Shown here: positions 27,013 to 37,238 of the stretch, in pieces
Position numbering within the stretch: the stretch's first letter is position 1
Layout: the number at the start of each line of letters is the position of its first letter
The notes under the pieces: generated by a model
The model's input: the letters and a program-made list of their open reading frames with translations, nothing else
What the model was told of the DNA's origin: nothing
Database searches by the model: none
Assembly: GCA_965214915.1 (NCBI GenBank)
Contig: CBDCCP010000002.1
Span: 480,844-544,843 of the forward strand
DNA from: Bryobacterales bacterium
Lineage (GTDB): Bacteria; Acidobacteriota; Terriglobia; Bryobacterales; UBA6623
DNA length: 64,000 bases
Direction: 5' to 3'
Translations under genes and position numbers: made by a program

Positions 27013-29820
27013 CTATCGTTTCGTAACCCAGATCGGACTCGACCAGGCGACGTTCCCGTCCTCTTGCTCGACGCGGACGTAATAGTAGTGCTCGCCCGTC
27101 TCGAGCGACTGCTCGCGGAAATCGAATTCCATCCGTTCGCCGTCTCCCTCGCGCGTGTGGATATACCGGTTGTCGCGCACCACGGCGACTTCCTTGATAG
27201 CGCCCGTTCCCCGGATTGCCGCCGTCACGGTCGGGATGGACGATGCGGCGAGCTCGTCCCCCTGAATCCATTCCCCTTCGTCGGTGTGCATCCGGTAATC
27301 GAGAACGATGTTGCTCGTCGCGGCGTAGGTGTGCCTCTTGCGCATGGCGTCGACGAGGCCCTGCCGGGTGTAGTCCTCGGCAAGCGCCATGGTGTACGAA
27401 GTATGCGTCGAGACGTGATCCGAGCTGGCCTGCACGCCGAGCTTGTAACCTTTTTCCCAAGCCAGCCAGACGAAGCCCTTGGGACGGTAGTTGCCGGCCC
27501 AAAGGTCGCTGCGTGCGGCGGACGACGCCAACGGCGCGCCTTCATGCTCGGCCGACGTGCGCGCGCCCTGGAAGATTTCGACGATCGGCTCCAGCTCGGG
27601 ATCGTTGTCCCGCCAGTCGGTGCCCATCGTCGTATGCGACGTGTGTGAGGTGGCGATGCCGTTTTGCTTGCGTAGAGCGTCGTAGAGGAACGGCCCGGTG
27701 CTGGAGTCGCGTTCTTCCCGGGTAATTAGAATCGGCCGGTTCCCGCGCTCGGGCAGGATGATGTTGCGGTGGCCGTTGGGGTACGACAGGCTGCGCTCGT
27801 AGCCGAACAGCGTCACGAACCGGCCCGGCACGTGGAACATGTCTTCGGCCTTCTCGGTTCGCCACCAATTGTACTCCGTGTCGCTCCCCCCGCCTTTGTG
27901 ATCCGTGACGAGGAAAAAGTCCATCGCCGCCCCGTCCATCATGTAACGGAAGGCGTCGTAAAGCGAGCCGTCGCCCGTGCCGTCGAGCGAGATGTCGGTG
28001 TGGCGGTGCATGTCCCCGCGGTAGATTTTGTAGCGTTTTCCGCCGGAGCGGATCGTGTAGTTGCGGATTGCCGCAACCTGCTCGGCCTCGCGCGGTTCGA
28101 TCGGCAGCATCGCCGGATTTTCCTTGCCGCGCGGTCCGAGAATGAACGGCTCGATCTTCTCCGCACGGAACTGCCCGGAAAGTTCGGCGAAGAAGATTTG
28201 ATTTTCCTTGGGATAGTGGCCGAAGGCCGGCCCGCCCCAGAGTTTCTGATCCGTTGTCCATGAGGCGAACATCTCGCCGCCGGGTCCCGCGGCCGCGTCC
28301 AACGGACCCTCGTTGCGCCCGACGCTCTCGGGGATGCCGAACGGGTCGGCCCAGCGCCCCCCGGAATAATAGGTCGCCGCCGCTTCCCATTTGCCCCCCG
28401 CCGCCCAAAGCGACTCCGGCTTGGTCGCGCGCACCCGCGGCCGCAGCAACAGCCACATGCGGCCCCGGCTGTCAGGCGCCAGCTTCGGCGTCTGCACGTA
28501 ACGCCGGACGCTCGGCCGGAAGCGGCGGTTGACATCGTCCAACGGGGCCAGCCACTCGCTGCCGTTCCAGATGGCGATACGGCAGGCGCGCGACTGATAG
28601 ATGCCGGTCCCGCCCCGCAGCAGAAAGCCCGTGTCCTTGCCCCAGTTCTCTTCCGATTCGTCGTAGGCGATCCAGACGCGGTCTGCGGCGTCGACGGCGA
28701 TGCTGGGGCTGCCGTGATAACGGGGCGTGTCGGTAACTTTCATCAAGTCGCCCGCGCGTCCTTCGCGCACCGGCCGCAGGCGGATGTTGTAGCTGCCGCC
28801 CTCGTAGCTGTCCCAGACAACCCAGGCTGCGCCTTTGGTGTCGGCGGCGATATCGGGGCGCCACTCGTTGGCCGCCGCTCCCGGGTCGCTCAGCGGGAGC
28901 TCGTCGGACCAAGCCGAGCCGTCGAAAGATTTGTAGTAGATTGCCGAAAACCCTTTACGCGCCGATTGCCAGGCGATGTGCAGGTTCCCCCCGCGGCCGC
29001 TCGCCATGGCGGGAAAGAGGTTGTTGCCCTCGCCTGACGTAACCGCTTGCGGCGCGCTCCACGAGCCGCCCGAGCGCCGGGCATGCATCAGGCGCCAATT
29101 CCCCTCGAAGCGCTTGGACCAAATCAGATGCAGCGCGCCTTCGGCGTCGTAAGCGGCAGCCAGGCCCTGCAAATCTCCGGAAGCGTCCGGCACGCCGGCG
29201 ATCTCGCCCCAGGAATCGTCGGCCCGCTCCCGCACGAAAATCTGGTCGTTCTCGTCTTTGTAGCCGATCCAGGCCAGCGACAGAACCCCTTCGCCGGAGA
29301 CGGCCATGACGGAATAGTCGTCTTCGAACTCGTCGGTCGTCACCGCCTCGACCGGCGGCGCGCGCCGCACCTCGACGCGCGTGGCCAGGATGTGCATCGC
29401 GTCCGACGGCGGCAAATCGGAAGGTTTGAAAAAGAAATCGCCGTTCACCGTCTTGACCGAGATCACGGCGTCCTCGGGGGCGCGGTAGTACGCGGTCACG
29501 CCGACCGTCTGCACCCGCGTGACGTGCGGGAAGGGCAGTTCATGGGGATGCATGCCGCCCGTCGGCTGCACCCAGGGATCGGTGCGGGCCGTCCACGAAT
29601 TGTCCGCGCCGATCGACTCGCCTTCCTTGAACCGGTGCCCGCGAAGCTCGACGATCTCTCCCTTGTCGATGCTCAGCGAGCCATTCCACGAGCGGGGTTC
29701 GTGGTCTTTGATGCCGAACTCGATATTGAGCGCCCGCAAGGGATGCTCCGCGGCGAATGCCGGCAGCGCGAGAACGATTGAAAACAGCGCGGGGGCGAGG
29801 CGTGTCATGAGTGTTTCCAT
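27013..29820 (-). CDS. Large secreted protein: N-terminal sialidase/BNR-like beta-propeller repeats plus a C-terminal PHP/DUF3604-like metal-hydrolase region
   Basis: Signal peptide METLMTRLAPALFSIVLALPAFAAE. Repeated xLHLIW/HIAW/AWVVW/VWIAY strands. GDMHRHTDISLDG and VTDH motifs in the C-terminal third. Confidence 0.65.
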   Translation of the reverse strand: METLMTRLAPALFSIVLALPAFAAEHPLRALNIEFGIKDHEPRSWNGSLSIDKGEIVELRGHRFKEGESIGADNSWTARTDPWVQPTGGMHPHELPFPHVTRVQTVGVTAYYRAPEDAVISVKTVNGDFFFKPSDLPPSDAMHILATRVEVRRAPPVEAVTTDEFEDDYSVMAVSGEGVLSLAWIGYKDENDQIFVRERADDSWGEIAGVPDASGDLQGLAAAYDAEGALHLIWSKRFEGNWRLMHARRSGGSWSAPQAVTSGEGNNLFPAMASGRGGNLHIAWQSARKGFSAIYYKSFDGSAWSDELPLSDPGAAANEWRPDIAADTKGAAWVVWDSYEGGSYNIRLRPVREGRAGDLMKVTDTPRYHGSPSIAVDAADRVWIAYDESEENWGKDTGFLLRGGTGIYQSRACRIAIWNGSEWLAPLDDVNRRFRPSVRRYVQTPKLAPDSRGRMWLLLRPRVRATKPESLWAAGGKWEAAATYYSGGRWADPFGIPESVGRNEGPLDAAAGPGGEMFASWTTDQKLWGGPAFGHYPKENQIFFAELSGQFRAEKIEPFILGPRGKENPAMLPIEPREAEQVAAIRNYTIRSGGKRYKIYRGDMHRHTDISLDGTGDGSLYDAFRYMMDGAAMDFFLVTDHKGGGSDTEYNWWRTEKAEDMFHVPGRFVTLFGYERSLSYPNGHRNIILPERGNRPILITREERDSSTGPFLYDALRKQNGIATSHTSHTTMGTDWRDNDPELEPIVEIFQGARTSAEHEGAPLASSAARSDLWAGNYRPKGFVWLAWEKGYKLGVQASSDHVSTHTSYTMALAEDYTRQGLVDAMRKRHTYAATSNIVLDYRMHTDEGEWIQGDELAASSIPTVTAAIRGTGAIKEVAVVRDNRYIHTREGDGERMEFDFREQSLETGEHYYYVRVEQEDGNVAWSSPIWVTKR

Positions 29821-29914
29821 TATGCGCGAAACCGGCAGCGAAACGTATCCGTTGCTGTTATTCTTTCGGTCGATTTCGTGCCGGCGCGGCGGGAAACGGA
29901 GAGCCGGCCTCGGA

Positions 29915-30934
29915 CTACGGGCGTTCGAGCCGCTGGACAAGAAGCTTGCTGAACTCGATCGACCCGCGGTCTCCCTGCAGGGTAATCGGCCCCGGCTCGG
30001 CCTCGCGCCAATCGGTGGCCAGCGCCGTCAAGCCTTCCGCCGTTGCCTTGTCGATGACTTTGTGGCCGTTCAGCACGACGGTCAGATCGCGTCCGATCAG
30101 CGTGACGTCCAGCGTCTGCCGGCTTTCCGCGGGCTTGCCGGCGTTTACGCTCGGCGCGATTCGGCCGCGCAGCGCGCCGCTGCTTTTGGGTGAAGACGGT
30201 CGGCCGTGGTCGTCGGCGATTTGGATCTCGTAGCGCCCGCGCAGCCCGATGCCGCTGTCCGCGCGCGGCCCGATGCGGTATTCGGCATGGAGCTTGAAGT
30301 TCCAGAATTTCTCCTTGGAAACCAGGATATCGGCGTTTTCGCTGTTGCGTAGCATACTGTCCTGCAGAGACCATTCCGCTTCGCGGCCGGGCCGCAGCGT
30401 GGACCATGCCGCCTCGATGCTTTCCCCGTCCAACAGATCGACCGTTTCGCCCACGCGCCCCGAGCCGTCGTCGCGGTCGGCAATCGTGGGCGCGCGGCGC
30501 CCCACCCATTCCATCTCGGGGTCGCCCGAGCGCGTGGCGCCGTGCAACTCATCGCCGACCAGCCGCGCGTGAGACCTTGTCGATTCGGTGCGCCGCGTCT
30601 CGCCGCGTCCCAGCCGATGCTCGACGCGGTAAGTCAGCACGCCGTCGACGATCTTGGCGTCGAGGATCGGGTCGACCTCCTCGCCCGGAGCGCCGCCGAC
30701 GGCGAAGCCGCTGACCGCGCCGCTGCCGGCGCCTTCGACCATGAGCCAGAGCACGCGCCGCGCGGGATGCTCTTGGGGCGCGAGGAGCCACCGTCCGTTG
30801 AATCCCTCCTCGGGCCGGGCGGCTTGCCCGTGCAGGAGCGAGGCGGACAGTAAGGCCGCTGAAAAAAACAGCAGGCAACGGCATGACCCGCGGCCGCCGG
30901 CGTTGCGCTTCCCTGTCAGGCGAACGGCGTGCAT
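29915..30934 (-). CDS. DUF1080 (3-keto-disaccharide hydrolase-like) domain protein, secreted
   Basis: 339 aa. FWNFKLHAEYRIGPRADSGIGLRGRYEIQIAD and ITLQGDRGSIEFSKLLVQ are typical DUF1080 blocks. Confidence 0.7.
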   Translation of the reverse strand: MHAVRLTGKRNAGGRGSCRCLLFFSAALLSASLLHGQAARPEEGFNGRWLLAPQEHPARRVLWLMVEGAGSGAVSGFAVGGAPGEEVDPILDAKIVDGVLTYRVEHRLGRGETRRTESTRSHARLVGDELHGATRSGDPEMEWVGRRAPTIADRDDGSGRVGETVDLLDGESIEAAWSTLRPGREAEWSLQDSMLRNSENADILVSKEKFWNFKLHAEYRIGPRADSGIGLRGRYEIQIADDHGRPSSPKSSGALRGRIAPSVNAGKPAESRQTLDVTLIGRDLTVVLNGHKVIDKATAEGLTALATDWREAEPGPITLQGDRGSIEFSKLLVQRLERP

Positions 30935-32278
30935 CGCAATCCCCGGTTCAGTTTACACCGGCGCGGCATGGCGTCGCTTCCGTGGGCGGCGTGTACACTG
31001 TTTCCTTCCATGTCGTTCTTTGGCCCTTTCCCGCCGATATTGCTGCTCGCGGCCGTTATGGCGGGCTGCGGCGCGACCGAGAGGGGCGCCTTCGAAGCGG
31101 TCGGAAACGGCTGGCCGCGCCACGTTATCGACGATTCCTCGTTAGGCGCCGACGGCGTCCGGTTGGCCGATATCGACGGCGACGGCCGACTCGACGTCAC
31201 TTCTCCCTGGGAACAGGGCGGGCAGGTGCGGGTTTACCTCAACCCGGGCGAATCCGGGTTGCGCGAGCGCTGGCCGGCCGTCACCGTCGGGGAAGTCGGC
31301 GACCCTGAAGATTCCTTTTTCGTCGATCTGGACGGCGACGGCAATCTCGATGTCGTCAGCTCGTGCGAGGGCGATACGCGCGCGATCTATGTCCATTGGG
31401 CGCCCGCGGACCGCTCGCGGCTTCTGGATGCGGACGCCTGGACGACCGAGGAGCTGCCCGCTGCTGCGGGAGCGGGCCAATGGATGTTCGCCTTCGCCAT
31501 GCAAGTGGACGGCAAGGCGGGGGTCGATCTTGTCGCGGGAGCGAAAGGAGAAGACGCTTGGCTCGGCTGGTTCGAAGCGCCCGAAAACCCCCGCGACCTC
31601 CACGCCTGGCGCTGGCGACCGCTCTATCGTGCAGGCTGGCTGATGACGCTGCGGCCGAGCGATATCGACGACGACGGCGACCTCGATATCGTGGCGACCG
31701 ACCGCAGGGGTCCGCGCCGGGGCGCTTTCTGGCTGGAGAATCCCGGTGCAGCCGCGGCGGCCGTGGCGCCCTGGGCGGAACGCCGCATCGGAGCCGTGAA
31801 TGCTTACGAAGCGATGCACAATGCCGTTGTCGACCTCGACAACGACGGCCTGGAAGACGTGCTCGTCGCCGTCAAGAGAGAGCCTCTCCGCTACCATCGC
31901 CGCACCGGGCGTTTGCCGCCGGCGTGGGAAACCCATGCCATCGCGATGCCGTCGAACGCCGGCGGCGGCAAGGCCGTTCGGGCGGCCGACATCGACCTCG
32001 ACGGCCGGCTGGATCTGGTCGTCTCCTGCGAGCACGCGATCGACGGCAAAAGCGGGGTCGTCTGGTTGTCGTACGACCGCGAGCCGACGGAAACGCACTG
32101 GCGCGCCACCTCGATCAGCGGCCCCGAAGGCTTTATTTTCGACTTGGTGCAGACCGTCGACCTCGACGACGACGGCGACCCGGACGTGGTCACGCTGGAA
32201 GAAAAGGGGCCGTACCTGGCGCGCGGCTACAAGGGCAGGGAACTGGGAGTGGTCTGGTACGAGAATCCGGCCCGCTGA
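30929..32278 (+). CDS. FG-GAP/VCBS repeat lipoprotein
   Basis: Six DxDxDGxxD repeats (ADIDGDGRLDV, VDLDGDGNLDVV, SDIDDDGDLDIV, VDLDNDGLEDVL, ADIDLDGRLDLV, VDLDDDGDPDVV). Lipobox LLAAVMAGCG. The true start may be ATG 30968 or 31010. Confidence 0.75.
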   Translation: MHRNPRFSLHRRGMASLPWAACTLFPSMSFFGPFPPILLLAAVMAGCGATERGAFEAVGNGWPRHVIDDSSLGADGVRLADIDGDGRLDVTSPWEQGGQVRVYLNPGESGLRERWPAVTVGEVGDPEDSFFVDLDGDGNLDVVSSCEGDTRAIYVHWAPADRSRLLDADAWTTEELPAAAGAGQWMFAFAMQVDGKAGVDLVAGAKGEDAWLGWFEAPENPRDLHAWRWRPLYRAGWLMTLRPSDIDDDGDLDIVATDRRGPRRGAFWLENPGAAAAAVAPWAERRIGAVNAYEAMHNAVVDLDNDGLEDVLVAVKREPLRYHRRTGRLPPAWETHAIAMPSNAGGGKAVRAADIDLDGRLDLVVSCEHAIDGKSGVVWLSYDREPTETHWRATSISGPEGFIFDLVQTVDLDDDGDPDVVTLEEKGPYLARGYKGRELGVVWYENPAR

Positions 32279-32339
32279 GGGTCGCGCCGACAGCCGGGAT
32301 GTCGCCGTACGCTCGCGTAGCCCGCGGCTGCCGGTCGGA

Positions 32340-33710
32340 TCAAAACGGCGCCGCCGCTTGCTTGCGCTTGTTTCCGCCGTTTTCCAGCGGCAGGGCCAAC
32401 AGCAGCCCCAACATCATGAACAAGGGGCGCTCATCGAAGATCGTTTCGCTAAACATGCTCCAGAAGGCCATCAGGCCGATCAGGAACATGCCTGGCAGGA
32501 AGCGCAGTCTGTAGAAGCTGCAAAAACCGGCGGTCAGAAATGCAATGTAGAGGAGGAAGCCGAGAATGCCGAAATCGATCCACATTGCGAGGTACGTATT
32601 GTGAGGGCGTATATTTTCGCGAATGCTGAACCGGGTTCCGTATCCCCAAATTGGAGAGGCCGCAATCGCTTGAAGAGCGTTCTTCAGTTGGAGGAATCTT
32701 AACGTCTCGACGTACACATATTTGCCGTCCGTCCGCGGGGCCGGCGCGGCATGTCCTTCCGGGTTCCAGTGCAAGTCGGCATTCCGTTCGGATAATCTTT
32801 CGATCAGAGCCTCTTCGCGGATATCGATACGGTGGTAAAACCAACCCCTTTGCCCGGTAAGGAAGTCGCTGTGTTGAATTCCCTCGGTCGAGGAGGAGCC
32901 GATGGACTGTATGTAGACCCAAGCGGCGCCGACCAGGAGAACGGCCCCGGCGCCGGAGGCGAGAAAAATGACCAAACGGCGGCCGGGAGAGCGCGCGACC
33001 GCGAGCAGGAAGTAACTGCAGCACAGCGCCAAATAGCACAACCATCCCCCCCTGGACTCGGTCGGAATGATCGCCAGACCCGCCACGCCCAGCGCGGACA
33101 GGCCGGCTATGGAGGGGAGGCGGTGGGCCACTAACGGCACGGCTAGCAGAGAAACTATATAAGCTCCCGTGTTGGGGTCCATGGCCAAGCCGGACGCCCT
33201 CGTTTCAAAAAATGAAAACGTGCCGGGTTGCCAGACATCTACCCCAACGCTCAGACAATAGACCGCAAAGGCAAGCTGGAAGTAGGCTTGCCGGCATCGC
33301 CGCACATGGGGTAACATGGGCAGCATCGCGGTGGCGGCGCACATGCAGAAGACAGCCGGCATGGTCAGCACATCCCTGACAGCCGCATCGGTACGGGCGA
33401 ACCAGTAGATCAAGCTGAGGCTCCCCAGCCCCAAAAACGTCGCCAGGAAAGTTCGATAGCAGCGCAGGAAGGGGGCGGCGCGCTTCCAAATCCCGGCCCG
33501 TGAACTTGCGGGGCCGACTGCAAGCCATACGGCCAGGGAAGCCATGCACGAGGCGAACACGGCAATGCCGGGCACGGGCAGCCAGCCTCTGCGGACGAGC
33601 TCCCGATCCATGCTGGTGAGGAACACCGTCAGGAAAAGGGCGAACGGAATATGGGCGGCCAAGCCCCTGTTCGGACGGAGCCGTTCCCTGAGCGAGCCGC
33701 GTCCGCTCAC
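32340..33710 (-). CDS. O-antigen ligase-like (Wzy_C) polytopic membrane protein
   Basis: 456 aa with at least 10 predicted TM segments and an ESRGGWL motif. Confidence 0.65.
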   Translation of the reverse strand: MSGRGSLRERLRPNRGLAAHIPFALFLTVFLTSMDRELVRRGWLPVPGIAVFASCMASLAVWLAVGPASSRAGIWKRAAPFLRCYRTFLATFLGLGSLSLIYWFARTDAAVRDVLTMPAVFCMCAATAMLPMLPHVRRCRQAYFQLAFAVYCLSVGVDVWQPGTFSFFETRASGLAMDPNTGAYIVSLLAVPLVAHRLPSIAGLSALGVAGLAIIPTESRGGWLCYLALCCSYFLLAVARSPGRRLVIFLASGAGAVLLVGAAWVYIQSIGSSSTEGIQHSDFLTGQRGWFYHRIDIREEALIERLSERNADLHWNPEGHAAPAPRTDGKYVYVETLRFLQLKNALQAIAASPIWGYGTRFSIRENIRPHNTYLAMWIDFGILGFLLYIAFLTAGFCSFYRLRFLPGMFLIGLMAFWSMFSETIFDERPLFMMLGLLLALPLENGGNKRKQAAAPF

Positions 33711-34315
33711 CTCTTTTCAGGCGCTCCGGGCGCCGGAAGACGACATGCCGGGGCGTCTCTTCTCCTCCGCGCGAGCAGATAAGTCAAACAGGGCAGCGCG
33801 ATCACCCCGGCCCAGGCCGCTCCCACGGCCAGCAGCGCGGCGAGACGGCCCGGCGATTTCGCCGCCTCGCGCAAATAGCCCCACGCAGTCGCCGCCTCTT
33901 GACGGTCACGGGGAAATGCTTGGCCCTTGGCGAACATGAGCCCAAGATGGAATCGGGCGCCGGCGTGGCCCTGCTCCGCCGCTAGGCGGTACCACACCAA
34001 CGCGGGCGGGTAGTACCAGTGGGTGCCTCGGCCGTAGTAATACATCGTCCCGACGTTGAATTGGGCGTCGGCGTGCCCCTGCTCCGCCGCCGCGAGGTAC
34101 CACCCCAGCGCTGCTTCGTAGTTTCGGGAAACGCCCCGGCCCTCGGCGTACAGCGTCCCCAGCTTGTTTTGCGCCGCGGCGTCTCCCCGCTCTGCGTCCG
34201 AACGCAGTTGCTCGATCGCCGGCGATTCAGCCGCCGCGGCCGCAACGAGCGCCGCCGCAACGAGCGCAGCCTTCAGAAAGGGCGTCTTATGCTTCATTCC
34301 GGATTGCCGTTGCAT
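33707..34315 (-). CDS. Sel1-repeat protein with a C-terminal TM anchor
   Basis: AAQNKLGTLYAEGRGVSRNYEAALGWYLAAAEQGHADAQFNVGTMYYYGRG... The 4-nt overlap with the downstream ligase-like gene suggests an operon. The start is uncertain (34297, 34315 or 34372). Confidence 0.7.
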   Translation of the reverse strand: MQRQSGMKHKTPFLKAALVAAALVAAAAAESPAIEQLRSDAERGDAAAQNKLGTLYAEGRGVSRNYEAALGWYLAAAEQGHADAQFNVGTMYYYGRGTHWYYPPALVWYRLAAEQGHAGARFHLGLMFAKGQAFPRDRQEAATAWGYLREAAKSPGRLAALLAVGAAWAGVIALPCLTYLLARRRRDAPACRLPAPGAPEKR

Positions 34316-34372
34316 CGACCCCCGCGAGGCCGCGTTTCCATGCCTGGGGGCCGCCAATCTTTCAAGACGCAA

Positions 34373-34389
34373 TTGCGCGCCGTGCGCAA
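34373..34389. promoter_or_regulatory. Perfect 6-5-6 palindrome TTGCGC-GCCGT-GCGCAA in the Sel1/TRAP divergent intergenic region (candidate operator)
   Basis: Read directly from the sequence. It lies about 95 nt upstream of the TRAP SBP start. Confidence 0.25.
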
Positions 34390-34481
34390 ACGAACTTCGC
34401 TACAAGTTTAACACCCTGGAAACTTTCAGAACTGGTCGATCCATAGCCGTCCCGTGTGAAGTAGTAAACTGTTCCGAACCC

Positions 34482-35462
34482 GTGCGCCGCCTTGCCGTTT
34501 TCGTCTGTCTCGCCCTCTGGGGCTGCGGCGCCGAGCGCTCGGTCCACCGCTTCCGCTACGCCAATTCCCAGCCGTCGCAGCACCCGCGCAGCATCTCTAT
34601 GGACTTTTTCGAGCAAGAACTCGAGAAACGCACCTGGGGCCGCATCGACGTCGAGACGTATTATTCCGGCGTCCTCGGACAGGAGCGCGAGTTGATGGAC
34701 ATGGTGGCGCTCAACATCCTGCAAGGAACTCGCGGCGGATTCTTCGCCGACGCCACCCCGAAATATACGCTGTTCCTGCTGCCGTTTCTAGTCGAGGACT
34801 GGGATCAGGCGCTGCGGCTGGTCAACAGCGCTTTCGCCGCGCGCATCAACCGCGAGGCCCGCAAGAACGGCTTTCACGTTCCGGCCTGCGGCATCTCGCA
34901 GGGTTTCCGCGCGCACACGACCGGCGTGCGGCCGATACGCCGCCCGGAAGATTTCATCGGCCTGAAAATGCGCGTGCCCCCGCAAGAGGCAAACGTGATG
35001 ACCGCGCAAGCCTTCGGCGCGAACCCGCAGGAATTGCCGTTCACCGAGGTCTATCAGGCCGCCAAGACGGGCGTCATCGACGGCCAGGACAACGCGCCCT
35101 CCAACCTCTGGGACATGCGCATTCACGAGGTCCAGAAATATCTGACGATCTCCAATTACAGCACCGGGCCAGACCCCTTCATGGTCAACCTCGACTGGTA
35201 CGAGTCGCTGCCCGCCGACTTGCAGGTGATTTTCGACGCAGTCGCCCGCGAAGCGATCGCCTACAGCGACCGGATGAATCGGGAGAGCGAGCAAGAATAT
35301 ATCCGCAAGCTCTCCGAATACTTGGAGACGAACTATATCGAGGGCGCCGATCTGGACCCCTTCCGCGAGGCGGCGCGTCCGGTTTACGACTATCTGATCG
35401 GCAAGGGCTATTTCACTTGGGAAGAAGTGGAAGAAGCCCGCCGCGCGGCGAGGGGAGAGTAG
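34482..35462 (+). CDS. TRAP transporter substrate-binding protein (DctP family), lipoprotein
   Basis: GTG start giving VRRLAVFVCLALWGCG. FRYANSQPSQHPRS...LKMRVPPQEANVMTAQAFGANPQELPFTEVYQAAKTGVIDGQDN. Confidence 0.8.
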   Translation: MRRLAVFVCLALWGCGAERSVHRFRYANSQPSQHPRSISMDFFEQELEKRTWGRIDVETYYSGVLGQERELMDMVALNILQGTRGGFFADATPKYTLFLLPFLVEDWDQALRLVNSAFAARINREARKNGFHVPACGISQGFRAHTTGVRPIRRPEDFIGLKMRVPPQEANVMTAQAFGANPQELPFTEVYQAAKTGVIDGQDNAPSNLWDMRIHEVQKYLTISNYSTGPDPFMVNLDWYESLPADLQVIFDAVAREAIAYSDRMNRESEQEYIRKLSEYLETNYIEGADLDPFREAARPVYDYLIGKGYFTWEEVEEARRAARGE

Positions 35463-35466
35463 CCCG

Positions 35467-35946
35467 ATGCCGCCGGCCGAGTTGGAGCGCAAGCTCTCCG
35501 CCGCGCTGGAGGCCGTTCTGACGCTCGCTCTGTTTCTGATCTTCGCCGTGATCGCGGGGCTCGTTATCCTGCGCTACTTTTTCGGCGCCGGCGTAGTCGG
35601 CGCCAACGAGGGCGCGACGATCGTCTTCGTCTATGCTTCGTCGCTCGGGGCGGCGCTGGCCGCGGGCAGGGAGGAGCATATCCGTGTCGGATATCTGCCG
35701 GAGCGGTTCGGCGAACGCGGCCGCCGGGCGGCTCATGCGGCGTCCCTGGTTCTGGTCGGCGGGCTGAACGTCGTGCTGGTCGAGCGCGGCATCGAGTGGA
35801 TCAGCGTCACCGGCGGCTACCTGATGCCGGCGACGCAACTGCCGCGCATGGCCGCGCAGATCAGCGTGCCGCTCGGCTGCGGCCTTGCGGCGCTCTATTG
35901 CTTCATGCGGTTGGCGGGGGCCTTGCGCGGGAGCTCCGGCGAATGA
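35467..35946 (+). CDS. TRAP transporter small permease (DctQ family)
   Basis: 159 aa with 4 TM segments, located between the DctP and DctM genes. Confidence 0.8.
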   Translation: MPPAELERKLSAALEAVLTLALFLIFAVIAGLVILRYFFGAGVVGANEGATIVFVYASSLGAALAAGREEHIRVGYLPERFGERGRRAAHAASLVLVGGLNVVLVERGIEWISVTGGYLMPATQLPRMAAQISVPLGCGLAALYCFMRLAGALRGSSGE

Positions 35947-37223
35947 TCCCGCTGCTGTTCGTCTCTCTGCTGCTGCTGATCGCGTTCGGCGTGCCGATCG
36001 CTTATGCGCTAGGACTTTCGGTGCTGCTCTATTTTCTCGTCGACGATCCTCAACTGATCCTGGTGCTGCCGCAGCGGCTGTTTTCGGGATTCGATTCGTA
36101 CGCTCTGATCAGCCTGCCGCTTTTCATCCTGATGGGCCAGGCGATGAACGCAGCGCGGATCACGGCCCGCTTGATCGATTGCAGCTTGCTTTTTGTCGGC
36201 CGTTTTCGCGGCGGTCTCGGCCTGGTCAACGTTCTCGCCAGCATGTTGTTCGGCGGGATCTCGGGTTCGTCGGCCTCGGACACCGCTTCCATCGGCTCCG
36301 TGCTCATCCCCGAGATGGGGCGCCGCGGCTACCCGCGTCCGTTCGCGGCGGGGATCACCGTGGCCTCGGCGACGATGGGCATGATCATCCCTCCGAGCAT
36401 TCCCATGGTTCTGTACGCCGTTGCGGCGCAGCAATCCGTGGGGCGGCTTTTCCTCGGCGGCGTGCTTCCCGGACTGCTGGTAGGCGCAATGCAACTCGGC
36501 CTGACGGTTGCGTTTGCGCGCAGGCGGAACTATCCGCGGGAAGACGCGCCGCGCGGCTGGGGCCATGCCGCGCGGGAAATCGCGCGGTCGCTGCCGGTGC
36601 TGTTCATGCCGGTTTTCGTTGTCGGGTCGGTCGTATTGGGCATGGCTACGGCCACGGAATCGGCGGCGCTCGGCGTGCTTTACGCCCTGCTTGTCGGGTT
36701 CGTCGTCACGCGGGCGCTGACGCTCGCGGCATTCCGCGCCTGCCTGTTGTCGGCGGCCTTGACCAGCGCCAAGATCATGCTGATTATCGCCATGTCGCAG
36801 GCATATATCTGGGTGCTGGCGCTGGAGCGCGTGCCGCAGGCTATTGCCGATTCCGTCGCCGCTCTCGGTCTGGGCGTCACGGGAACGTTGCTGTTGATCG
36901 ACCTGATCGTGCTCGCGGCCGGAACGGTGATCGATGTCAGCCCGGCGATCCTGCTGCTGACGCCGGTGTTTTTGCCGGCGCTCGAGCAGGCCGGGGTTTC
37001 GCCGATTCTGTTCGGGGTGCTGCTCGTCTCGGGGCTCGCCGTCGGGGCCTGCACGCCTCCGGTGGGGACGTGCCTGAACGTCGGCGCTGCGGTCTCCGGG
37101 CTTGGCATCGGCACGATCTTTCGCGGCGCGGCGCCGTTCCTCGCGGCCAACGTCGCGGCGCTCCTGCTGATAACCTTGTTCCCCGACTTGGCGCTTTGGC
37201 TGCCGAATCTTTTGATGGAATGA
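35943..37223 (+). CDS. TRAP transporter large permease (DctM family)
   Basis: The ATG at 35943 overlaps the dctQ stop (ATGA). MIPLLFVSLLLLIAFGVPIAYALG...SLPLFILMGQ. Confidence 0.85.
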   Translation: MIPLLFVSLLLLIAFGVPIAYALGLSVLLYFLVDDPQLILVLPQRLFSGFDSYALISLPLFILMGQAMNAARITARLIDCSLLFVGRFRGGLGLVNVLASMLFGGISGSSASDTASIGSVLIPEMGRRGYPRPFAAGITVASATMGMIIPPSIPMVLYAVAAQQSVGRLFLGGVLPGLLVGAMQLGLTVAFARRRNYPREDAPRGWGHAAREIARSLPVLFMPVFVVGSVVLGMATATESAALGVLYALLVGFVVTRALTLAAFRACLLSAALTSAKIMLIIAMSQAYIWVLALERVPQAIADSVAALGLGVTGTLLLIDLIVLAAGTVIDVSPAILLLTPVFLPALEQAGVSPILFGVLLVSGLAVGACTPPVGTCLNVGAAVSGLGIGTIFRGAAPFLAANVAALLLITLFPDLALWLPNLLME

Positions 37224-37238
37224 CGCCCCGCGCGGCGC

